Source of the DNA: Christensenella sp. UBA1242 | GTDB lineage: Bacteria > Bacillota > Clostridia > Christensenellales > UBA1242 | Length of the DNA stretch: 62,847 nucleotides | Reading direction: 5' to 3' | NCBI GenBank assembly: GCA_002308915.1 | Contig: DBWI01000006.1 | Span: forward strand, 1 to 62,847 | In this document: in pieces, positions 1 through 7,356 of the stretch | Position numbering within the stretch: position 1 is the first letter of the stretch | How the letters are laid out: every line of letters starts with the position of its first letter | Position numbers and translations under genes: made by a program | Notes under the pieces: model-generated | Told to the model about the DNA's origin: nothing | Databases searched by the model: none | What the model saw: the letters and a program-made list of their open reading frames with translations, nothing else

Positions 1-189
1 TTCAGAACAACAGACGTTACAGGAACAATCAAACTTCCTGATGGTGTAGAAATGGTTATGCCAGGAGATAACATCACAATGGATATCACACTTATCACAC
101 CAATCGCTATTGAAGAAGGACTTCGTTTCGCTATCCGTGAAGGTGGCAGAACAGTTGGTTCAGGCGTAGTTTCAAAAATTCTTAAATAA
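1..189 (+). CDS. tuf: Elongation factor Tu, C-terminal fragment (5' end lies outside the window)
   Basis: Frame 1 reads [62 protein letters not shown], the canonical EF-Tu domain III end; TAA at 187-189. Confidence 0.95.
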   Translation, partial: FRTTDVTGTIKLPDGVEMVMPGDNITMDITLITPIAIEEGLRFAIREGGRTVGSGVVSKILK

Positions 190-258
190 TTTAGATTAAA
201 CCCAATCTAAAGGCAATTAACCCATTGCCAGATGAATATTTGATAAAAGTAAAAAAAA

Positions 259-292
259 AGACAGGAGAATAACCCACTCGTGTCTTTTTTTT
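259..292 (+). terminator. Intrinsic terminator of tuf
   Basis: Stem AGACA.GAG / CTC.TGTCT followed by a T8 run. Confidence 0.7.
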
Positions 293-295
293 ACA

Positions 296-412
296 ACAAA
301 AAATAATCCCCAATTGCTGTGTTAACTGTCAAGCCATTGCCTACAGTCACTTAGGTCACTAAGTTCGTGCGGTCAATGACTTGCCGAGCCTTGCTCTTGG
401 GGTTATTTTTCG
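296..412 (+). ncRNA. Candidate structured RNA / long-hairpin element, copy 1 (homologous to the complement of 54996..55111)
   Basis: 106-nt GC-enriched imperfect hairpin flanked by an A-run and a T-run. Same length as the second copy and about 65% identical to it, with compensatory stem changes. Confidence 0.45.
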
Positions 413-446
413 TTGTAATTGTTGTTGTTCTTTTTTATTGTAATAT

Positions 447-1385
447 TTACTCTTCCCAATATCTATCTTTGGTATTAAGATGAAAATGATTGATGTCTAT
501 ATTGTTCAATCTGCATTTTTCTGCAAAAACTTCAATTATTTTTTCATCTGTCAGTGCTGTTTTGTCTTCTTGATATATTTTTCTTAATTCTTTATAGCTA
601 TTCACTAAAGCTTCAGTTCTTAGCTGGTTGTATGAGCCAAATAGTTTTGGTTCTTCACCAAATCCAATATAGTCATCAAGTTTTGCAAGTAATGGATTTG
701 TAACTTCGCAATTTTGGAACATATGAGGGTATTTTATTTTAAGATTGTGAATCATATCAACAATTTGGTTTGCATAATCATAATCGGTATAAAAAACCAT
801 TGAATCATTTCGTTCATTCAAAGAAAATTTAAATGTTAGTGGCAAGTTGTTATCAATTATATATTTAACTATTGCAGTTGATAAATCTACAATGTTATTC
901 ATATCAATTTCAAGATATAGTCTTACGGTTGGAAACTTGTCTGGTAAATTTTTTATTCTGTCAACGCTTAGGTATTTCGACCAAATTTGACAAAAATATT
1001 CGCCTTGAATTTTTATAGGTGCGTAGTGATTAAAGTCATCAAAAACAAATTCAAAAAATTCCAAATCTTTATAATAGGAGTTAATTTCTTTATTACTTGA
1101 TGCAATATAGACTTTAAGCATGTTATACCAATAATCAGAATAGTGTATGTCGCTTGTTGGTAATTTTTTGAATACATTTTTGTACCAATAATCATAAACC
1201 ATACTCAAAAATTCAATATACGAGTTTTTGTTTATGTGATGAGAAATTTGGTTATAACCAACAAGTTGCTGGTAATCCAATAATTTTGGGTCACCAGTTT
1301 TAACAGCTCTTTTCAAAAGAGCTAATATTTTTTTTGTATTTGGTTCAACCAATTTATGAGAATTAAAAAAATCTTGTTCTGACAT
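447..1385 (-). CDS. Hypothetical cytoplasmic protein, 312 aa
   Basis: Long ORF with SD AAGAGGAAAATATG and its own promoter; no signal peptide or TM segment; no family recognised by eye. Confidence 0.75.
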   Translation of the reverse strand: MSEQDFFNSHKLVEPNTKKILALLKRAVKTGDPKLLDYQQLVGYNQISHHINKNSYIEFLSMVYDYWYKNVFKKLPTSDIHYSDYWYNMLKVYIASSNKEINSYYKDLEFFEFVFDDFNHYAPIKIQGEYFCQIWSKYLSVDRIKNLPDKFPTVRLYLEIDMNNIVDLSTAIVKYIIDNNLPLTFKFSLNERNDSMVFYTDYDYANQIVDMIHNLKIKYPHMFQNCEVTNPLLAKLDDYIGFGEEPKLFGSYNQLRTEALVNSYKELRKIYQEDKTALTDEKIIEVFAEKCRLNNIDINHFHLNTKDRYWEE

Positions 1386-1402
1386 ATTTTCCTCTTGTTT
1401 TT

Positions 1403-1431
1403 ATTGTATAAAATTACATATCATTTGTCAA
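1403..1431 (-). promoter_or_regulatory. Sigma-A type promoter of the 312-aa gene
   Basis: Minus strand TTGACA (1426-1431) - 17 nt - TACAAT (1403-1408). Confidence 0.6.
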
Positions 1432-1498
1432 TGTGCAAAAATGCAAACTTTCACCATTGTAGAAACGATTTGTAGCAACAAAACAATAAAAAAATGTA

Positions 1499-2344
1499 TC
1501 AATATGTTTTTTTGATATATTCCATAATTGCTTGTTGCATATCCATACCGTTTTCAAAAAATGCTGAAAAACCTGCATTTGAATTAGCTTCACAAAACAA
1601 ATATTTGTCACCCGCAATCAAAAAGTCAACACTGCAAAAATGCAAGTCCAAATGTTTTGCGAATTTGTTTGTGGCTGTTTCAATTTCTGGTGGCAAATCA
1701 ACAACCTTTTTTGATGTCGCACCAAGGGATACATTTGAGCGAAAGTCGTTAGTAGTACATATTCTTTTCACAGCACCTGCAATTTTGTCGCCAACAAAAT
1801 ATATTCTCAAATCTTGTCCTTTTGATTTTTCAATATATTCTTGATAGATATAATCAATTTCTTTTTGGATAAATATTTGTTCAAATTCCTCTTTACTATT
1901 TATCAAAAACACATTTGCGCCTTTTGAACCAAAGCGATTTTTTGCAATAAATGGCAAGCCAAGTTGTTCAGCAAGTTGCTCAAATGTCATTTTTCCATAA
2001 AGTGTTTTTGGCTGGGCAATGCCAAGTTGAGAAGCAACAAAATGTGATTCCAACTTATCGAGCGTTGTAAAAGTGCCTTGCCTTGAATTGATAAATTTTG
2101 CGCCTTTCTTTTCCAAAAAAGAGCATAGTGTTGTATTGTATCCACGGGCAAAAACCACATCAGGGAAAGATGTTATTTCTTTTGATTTATAAAAAAGTTT
2201 TTGCTCATAATTTTCAACTGCAAAACTGAAATATTCAAAATAATATATTTCACAATCAATGCCATTTCGTTGCGCTGCTTCAAACATTGTTTTTGAAACA
2301 ACTGAATCTTCAAATTTTTTGTTATAAACAATCCAAAGTTTCAT
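1499..2344 (-). CDS. RimK-family ATP-grasp ligase (alpha-L-glutamate ligase-like)
   Basis: MKLWIVYNK...; ATP-grasp blocks FIAKNRFGSKGANVFLI, YIYQEYIEKSKGQDLRIYFVGDK, CSVDFL..FCEANSNAG; start moved to ATG 2344 behind SD GAGGGTG. Confidence 0.8.
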   Translation of the reverse strand: MKLWIVYNKKFEDSVVSKTMFEAAQRNGIDCEIYYFEYFSFAVENYEQKLFYKSKEITSFPDVVFARGYNTTLCSFLEKKGAKFINSRQGTFTTLDKLESHFVASQLGIAQPKTLYGKMTFEQLAEQLGLPFIAKNRFGSKGANVFLINSKEEFEQIFIQKEIDYIYQEYIEKSKGQDLRIYFVGDKIAGAVKRICTTNDFRSNVSLGATSKKVVDLPPEIETATNKFAKHLDLHFCSVDFLIAGDKYLFCEANSNAGFSAFFENGMDMQQAIMEYIKKTY

Positions 2345-2444
2345 AATCATCACCCTCAGTATTATTATTTTATAATAAATTCTCACAAAAAACAATCATT
2401 TGACTGCACTGGGGGAATACTTAATTAAACATAAGAATAAAATA

Positions 2445-2480
2445 AAAATAGCCTCAAATATTGAGTGCTATTTTTATTTT
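2445..2480. terminator. Bidirectional hairpin terminator after rpsR
   Basis: ATAGCCTCAA-ATA-TTGAGTGCTAT flanked by A-rich and T-rich runs. Confidence 0.6.
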
Positions 2481-2485
2481 TTTTA

Positions 2486-2794
2486 TTATTCACCTTTGAA
2501 TGGAAGAATTGCCATTACTCTAGCTCTTTTGATTGCAACAGCAAGTTCTCTTTGGTGTCTTGCACATGTGCCTGTTTGTCTTCTTGGAAGAATTTTACCA
2601 TTTTCTGTGATATATCTTCTAAGTTTTGCACCATCTTTGTAATCAATTACATTGTTTTTGTCTGTACAAAATGCACAAACTTTTTTTCTTGATACTGGCT
2701 TTTTATATTTTTTTACTCTTTCTGGAGCTGCTTCTTCTTCAACTTTTACGTCTTCTTCAACAGCTTCAGCTTTCATTTCTAATTCTTCTGACAT
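2486..2794 (-). CDS. rpsR: 30S ribosomal protein S18 with an acidic N-terminal extension
   Basis: Core [56 protein letters not shown], preceded by [25 protein letters not shown]. Confidence 0.95.
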   Translation of the reverse strand: MSEELEMKAEAVEEDVKVEEEAAPERVKKYKKPVSRKKVCAFCTDKNNVIDYKDGAKLRRYITENGKILPRRQTGTCARHQRELAVAIKRARVMAILPFKGE

Positions 2795-2813
2795 TATATC
2801 TTTCTCCTTTTAA

Positions 2814-3218
2814 TTAAAATGGAAGAGTATCATCGTCAATTGGTTCAAGGTCAGCTACATCTTTTTTGTCTTCGTCAAGTTTGTCTTGACCTTCGCCACT
2901 ATTTTTTGTTGTTAAGAATTCAACATTGTCTGCAACGATTTCTGTTACATAACGTTTTGTTCCATCTTGAGCGTCATAGTTTCTTACTTGAATAGCTCCA
3001 GAAATGGCACATTTTGAACCTTTTTTAAGATATCTGTGGCAATTTTCTGCTTGACCACGCCATACGATAATATTCAAAAAATCTGTTTCTCTTTCGCCTT
3101 CGGCATTTGAAAAACTTCTAGGAACAGCAAGAGCAAATCTGCAAACTGATACTCCGCTATTTGTTGTTGCGAGTTCAGGGTCTCTTGTTAAGTTTCCAAT
3201 TAAAAATACTTTGTTCAT
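2814..3218 (-). CDS. ssb: Single-stranded DNA-binding protein
   Basis: MNKVFLIGNLTRDPEL OB-fold N-terminus; acidic tip DDDTLPF; sits between rpsF and rpsR. Confidence 0.95.
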   Translation of the reverse strand: MNKVFLIGNLTRDPELATTNSGVSVCRFALAVPRSFSNAEGERETDFLNIIVWRGQAENCHRYLKKGSKCAISGAIQVRNYDAQDGTKRYVTEIVADNVEFLTTKNSGEGQDKLDEDKKDVADLEPIDDDTLPF

Positions 3219-3227
3219 ATATTTCTC

Positions 3228-3506
3228 CTATTTTCTAACAAAAATTTGTCTTACAATATGTTCTGTGATGTTCATGAGCTTTGTCATTTCATCAACAACA
3301 GCGGCATCAGCTTCAAAGTTAACTAATACATAGTAACCTTCGTTTTTGAAGTTGATTGGGTAAGCAAACTTTTTCATTCCAATTTTCTCAAGAGAAAGAA
3401 TTTTTCCACCCTTATCTTCAATCATTGCATTGAATTTGTTGATAAGAGCTTCTTTTTGTTCATCATTTGCGTCTTGAGAAATGATGTATAAAAGTTCATA
3501 CTTCAT
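3228..3506 (-). CDS. rpsF: 30S ribosomal protein S6
   Basis: MKYELLYIISQD...KIGMKKFAYPINFKNEGYYVLVNF; SD AAAGGAGGT 7 nt before ATG 3506; the longer ORF start at 3584 has no SD. Confidence 0.9.
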   Translation of the reverse strand: MKYELLYIISQDANDEQKEALINKFNAMIEDKGGKILSLEKIGMKKFAYPINFKNEGYYVLVNFEADAAVVDEMTKLMNITEHIVRQIFVRK

Positions 3507-3532
3507 ACAAATACCTCCTTTTGGTCTAACGG

Positions 3533-3573
3533 CTCTAAAAAAAAGAGCAAGGCAATATTCAATTGCTTGCTCA
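3533..3573 (-). terminator. Intrinsic terminator between the transglutaminase-like gene and rpsF
   Basis: Minus-strand hairpin GAGCAAGCAAT/ATTGCCTTGCTC followed by T8. Confidence 0.6.
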
Positions 3574-3616
3574 TATCTTATCACATAGGCATTAAAAAAT
3601 CAAGGAAAAAATTGAG

Positions 3617-4987
3617 TTATTCATCTATTTTTGTAGAATTATTTTTTTTGTTTAATCTTTTTTGTCTAAGTTCGTCAAAATGCTTTCTTAATTCAGTACG
3701 TCTATTAAAGTCTGCACGTGACAAAATGTAGAATGGATGCTTTGCTCCAGGTATAAATTGTTGGAAAGATTTGTCTTTTGTTGTTGAAACAACTTTATCG
3801 ACATATTCTTTTGTTTGAAGTATGTTTTTGCCTTCGCAACTGCATACGTGGGTTAAAGCATCAACATAGTTTTGGTATGTTATTGGGGTTGTGTTCTTTT
3901 TGATTTTTTCAACAATACTTCTAAGGAAAGTATATTCAATAACAGATTTTTGGAATGTTGGAGAATCTAGTTGTTTTTTCATTTTTTCAATTTCTTCTGT
4001 AGATTTTCCAGACATTTGCATTCCATTCAAAACTGCATTTGCAAAACGTTTTCTTTCTTTGTCAACATCAATAACATTTAATTGTTTAATAAATTCCAAG
4101 TTTTTTGCATTGCAATTATATAACACTCCAGATGGTCTGTCGTCAGAGTATAGGTATAAACAACCATCTTCAATTCTTGGACATATATTTACATTTGATA
4201 AAAGTTTTACATCATTAAAAGATAATAGGCAATAGTTGAGTGTCATTGTTGCATTGTTATCCACAATACTGTCCCAGCAAGCATCTGCATGATAAAGTCC
4301 AGAAATGCCATATTTTTCATCAACCAATTCAACAACATTCAATCTGTGAGAACCATCATAAAGTCCAGAATCTTTTTTTGTTAAATTAACACTGCTTGAA
4401 TAACATTTTAATCCAGGAGTGTTTAGTCTGTTGCAAATTTCTTTTAGTAGCGTTGCATAGCCAACGCATACAATTTTGTCAGAATTGGTTACGCCATAAA
4501 TTGAACGTGACATAAGTGAATGCTCTGTGCTATTTTCACTTGTATAAACATTATTTGTTGTCATTTTGTAAGCATACATAAACTCTTCAAATGGTGACAA
4601 ATTATGTCTTTTTATTTCTTTCACACAATCATCAACAAATTCGTTTGCTTTGTTGATTTCAAGAATGTTCCAAAGAGCATTGTCTTCTTTGATGAAAAGT
4701 GTTGTGGCATTTTCATCCAAGAATTCTTCAAATTTCTTTATATTGGCTATTTCTTGTGTAGAAAACATATCTTTTTTCGCATTAATATAAAATTCAGTAC
4801 AACAAATTCTGTAACCAATTTGTTGTACATCTTCAATAACTTTCATAAAGTCATCATAGTTGTTGTAGTTGTCCAAATCTAATGTTATGTACAATCTAAA
4901 TTGATTAGGCTTTGCTATTTGTCTAACATTGTTAAGACACCAACTCTTGACTAATATTTCGTTTTTGCTTGGATCAATAGTTTTCAT
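3617..4987 (-). CDS. Cytoplasmic transglutaminase-like (papain-fold Cys-His-Asp) protein, paralog of 53601..54854
   Basis: Ordered DKIVCVGYA (Cys), SHRLN (His), HADACWDS (Asp). Start set at ATG 4987 because the consensus promoter ends 6 nt upstream. The longest ORF would start at 5029. Confidence 0.6.
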   Translation of the reverse strand: MKTIDPSKNEILVKSWCLNNVRQIAKPNQFRLYITLDLDNYNNYDDFMKVIEDVQQIGYRICCTEFYINAKKDMFSTQEIANIKKFEEFLDENATTLFIKEDNALWNILEINKANEFVDDCVKEIKRHNLSPFEEFMYAYKMTTNNVYTSENSTEHSLMSRSIYGVTNSDKIVCVGYATLLKEICNRLNTPGLKCYSSSVNLTKKDSGLYDGSHRLNVVELVDEKYGISGLYHADACWDSIVDNNATMTLNYCLLSFNDVKLLSNVNICPRIEDGCLYLYSDDRPSGVLYNCNAKNLEFIKQLNVIDVDKERKRFANAVLNGMQMSGKSTEEIEKMKKQLDSPTFQKSVIEYTFLRSIVEKIKKNTTPITYQNYVDALTHVCSCEGKNILQTKEYVDKVVSTTKDKSFQQFIPGAKHPFYILSRADFNRRTELRKHFDELRQKRLNKKNNSTKIDE

Positions 4988-4993
4988 GTCATC

Positions 4994-5022
4994 ATTATAT
5001 ACCAGATACAACATAAAGTCAA
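4994..5022 (-). promoter_or_regulatory. Consensus promoter driving a leaderless mRNA
   Basis: Minus strand TTGACT (5017-5022) - 17 nt - TATAAT (4994-4999) - GATGAC - ATG (4985-4987); no SD. Confidence 0.65.
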
Positions 5023-5072
5023 TATGCATATAAATTTATCAATTACTAATAATAAACAAAAAAAGGAGAATT

Positions 5073-6575
5073 ATGAAGAAAAAGAAAACTTGGGTTATTT
5101 TGTCTGTTATTATAGGCTGTTTATTGGTGATTTTTGGAGTAGTATTTTTTGAATTTAAAGATGTAATCTTTAATCAACAAACATTTGCCGATGAAACATA
5201 CATCAATGGAGTTAATGTGTCGGGAATGACAAAAGCACAAGCTCAAAATGTTGTAACTATCCAAATGTTGTCCAAAAGAAGTGATATAAAAATCACACTA
5301 AAAACAGATGACATGGTATATGTTTGGACAGGTGATGATTTTGAAATTGATAATGGAATAATGATGTATGTTGACAATGTTTTTAACTATTTTAACTCTG
5401 GTAATATTTTTGAAAAAAGGTCAAAATTAAAATCTAATGATGGTAAATATTTTAATATGTCATACTCTGAAAGTTTAACTGGTTTAGATGAAAAAATAAA
5501 TAAATTGTGTGAACAATTAAATATAGAAGCAAAAGATGCAGAAGTTGTTTTTGATTCAAAATCTGTTACGCCATTGTCTTTCAAAAGTGGAACTATTGGT
5601 AGACAAGTTGACAAGCAACAACTAAAGTTGTTGATAGACACTAAACTGTTTGAAAGCAATAATATAGAGATTGAAGTTCCAATACAAAATATTTTGCCCA
5701 ATGTTACAAAGATTGACCTAGAAAAGAGTGTTAAAAAGCGTAGTGAGTTTTCTACTAACTACGAAAAATCTTCACAAGATAGAAAGTTTAATGTTAGACA
5801 TGCACTGGAAGCTTTTAATGGGCTAAAGATTGAACCAAATCAAGAGATATCATTTAATAATACCACTGGTCCACGGAATGCGGAAAATGGCTACAAAAAA
5901 GCCAATATTATTTTGAATGGTGTGTATGTTGAAGGATATGGTGGAGGTGTTTGCCAAGCTTCAACAACTCTTTATAATGCTTTGCTTTGTGCAGATATAG
6001 AAATTCTTGAAGTGAACAAGCATACTCTTCCTTCTTCATACATTTGGCTTGGTTTTGATGCAATGGTGAGTGAAGGTGTTAGCGACTTAAGATTTGTTAA
6101 CAATACAAGTCAGCCACTTTATATAAAAACTAGTTGTGATGACAAAAATGCAAAAGTAGAAATATTTGGTGAAGCACTAAGGGATAACGAAAAACTTGTA
6201 AGACGAGTTGAGTTTATTGAAGCAATACCACATCCTGGAGATAGAATTATTCCAGATACCGAAGGTAAGTACTCAAACAAGGTTACTTACAAAGGTGAAT
6301 ATCTTAGATTAAAGTATCCAAAAGAAGGATATAGAGCAAAAGCCTTTATGGATAGATATATTGATGGCGTTTTGGTTGAATCTAAGCAAATTAGAGATGT
6401 AACTTATGAAGCTCAAGAAGGAATAATAATTGAAGGAGTAGAAGATGTTACAGAAGGAATCACATTGCCTCCAAATGATGTAAAATTCATTCCTGCACAA
6501 ACAAAGAGTAATGTAAATCAAGATAATGTTCAAAAGAAAATAACAGTAGAAAATCCGCCAAATTATAATCCATAA
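5073..6575 (+). CDS. VanW family protein with N-terminal membrane anchor
   Basis: TM WVILSVIIGCLLVIFGVVFF; VanW core EISFNNTTGPRNAENGYKKA..GGGVCQASTTLYNA..DLRFVNNT; G5-like C-terminal region; SD AAAGGAG. Confidence 0.85.
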   Translation: MKKKKTWVILSVIIGCLLVIFGVVFFEFKDVIFNQQTFADETYINGVNVSGMTKAQAQNVVTIQMLSKRSDIKITLKTDDMVYVWTGDDFEIDNGIMMYVDNVFNYFNSGNIFEKRSKLKSNDGKYFNMSYSESLTGLDEKINKLCEQLNIEAKDAEVVFDSKSVTPLSFKSGTIGRQVDKQQLKLLIDTKLFESNNIEIEVPIQNILPNVTKIDLEKSVKKRSEFSTNYEKSSQDRKFNVRHALEAFNGLKIEPNQEISFNNTTGPRNAENGYKKANIILNGVYVEGYGGGVCQASTTLYNALLCADIEILEVNKHTLPSSYIWLGFDAMVSEGVSDLRFVNNTSQPLYIKTSCDDKNAKVEIFGEALRDNEKLVRRVEFIEAIPHPGDRIIPDTEGKYSNKVTYKGEYLRLKYPKEGYRAKAFMDRYIDGVLVESKQIRDVTYEAQEGIIIEGVEDVTEGITLPPNDVKFIPAQTKSNVNQDNVQKKITVENPPNYNP

Positions 6576-6594
6576 AAAAAATAAAAATTAGGTA

Positions 6595-6623
6595 TTGACA
6601 AATGGACAAGTATGTGTCATAAT
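6595..6623 (+). promoter_or_regulatory. Promoter of the 59-aa gene
   Basis: TTGACA - 17 nt - CATAAT. Confidence 0.65.
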
Positions 6624-6667
6624 TCAAGTGAAATTGAAATACAGAATCAAATTATATGGAGGCAAAA

Positions 6668-6847
6668 ATGGAGAGAGCAGTTAGTAATTTTTCAGGCATT
6701 GGAAATACAGACAGCAAAGAATTGAAAGTTGTTGAAATTGTTGCTGCTGTGGCAATTAAAGAGAGAACAAATGTTATGACAGACAATCTCAAATATTCAA
6801 ACAAGAAAAATTTGAGCAACAATCTTGATAAAGGTATGGAGTTATAA
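6668..6847 (+). CDS. Small hypothetical protein, 59 aa
   Basis: GGAGG 5 nt before ATG 6668; own promoter and own terminator; MERAVSNFSGIGNTDSKELKVVEIVAAVAIKE... Confidence 0.55.
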   Translation: MERAVSNFSGIGNTDSKELKVVEIVAAVAIKERTNVMTDNLKYSNKKNLSNNLDKGMEL

Positions 6848-6861
6848 TATTAGAATAAATT

Positions 6862-6892
6862 AACAAAGCCAAACTTGGCTTTGTTTTTTTTT
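6862..6892 (+). terminator. Intrinsic terminator
   Basis: AACAAAGCCAA-AC-TTGGCTTTGTT plus a T run. Confidence 0.75.
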
Positions 6893-6956
6893 GTAAAATG
6901 TTTTGAATAAATAAAAATATGTGGTAACATTAAAGTAGTATTGCAAGGAGTATAGT

Positions 6957-7226
6957 ATGAAACAATTTTTGTTTCCAGCAGTTTTTTTAAAAGAAGAAGA
7001 CAAATATGTAGTTTTATTCCCAGACTTAAACATAACAACAGATGGCGACACAATAGAAGAAGCTTATTTGTTTGCAAAAGACAGTCTAAAGGTTTATTGC
7101 ACATATGTAGTTAAATTTGATTTGGATATAGACACACCATCAAAGTTTGAAAAGGTTTGCAAAGACAATCCTCAAAATTTGGTTATGCTTGTCGATTGTT
7201 TCATTATGCCAAACAAAACAAAATAA
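6957..7226 (+). CDS. HicB-like (UPF0150) antitoxin-fold protein with no adjacent HicA
   Basis: FPAVFLKEEDKYVVLFPDLNITTDGDTIEEAYLFAKDSL matches the HicB N-terminal domain pattern; SD AAGGAG. Confidence 0.6.
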   Translation: MKQFLFPAVFLKEEDKYVVLFPDLNITTDGDTIEEAYLFAKDSLKVYCTYVVKFDLDIDTPSKFEKVCKDNPQNLVMLVDCFIMPNKTK

Positions 7227-7230
7227 AAAC

Positions 7231-7256
7231 AAAAAAGAGCGTTGCTCTTTTTTTTA
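7231..7256 (+). terminator. Intrinsic terminator
   Basis: AAGAGC-GTT-GCTCTT plus T8. Confidence 0.7.
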
Positions 7257-7356
7257 TTGTCATTCCTCAATCTCTTTAGTTTGACAATTTGAATATTACA
7301 ATGTAAATTATATAATATAAGTAATACTATAATCGAATAGATATCTAAGGAAAATA

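Noticed and set aside
296-412. Long hairpin considered as SRP (4.5S) RNA, an integron attC site, a tRNA or a MITE
   Set aside because: There is no GNRA-capped domain IV or GGAAGCAGC-type SRP motif. The termini do not fit the attC consensus RYYYAAC/GTTRRRY, and there is no cloverleaf. The termini differ between the two copies with compensatory changes, instead of being conserved TIRs. I therefore keep it as an unclassified structured element.
6656-6847. Small ORF considered as the HicA toxin partner of the HicB-like gene
   Set aside because: It has its own promoter and terminator, it lacks the HicA dsRBD-like G...GSH pattern, and it is separated from hicB by a terminator.
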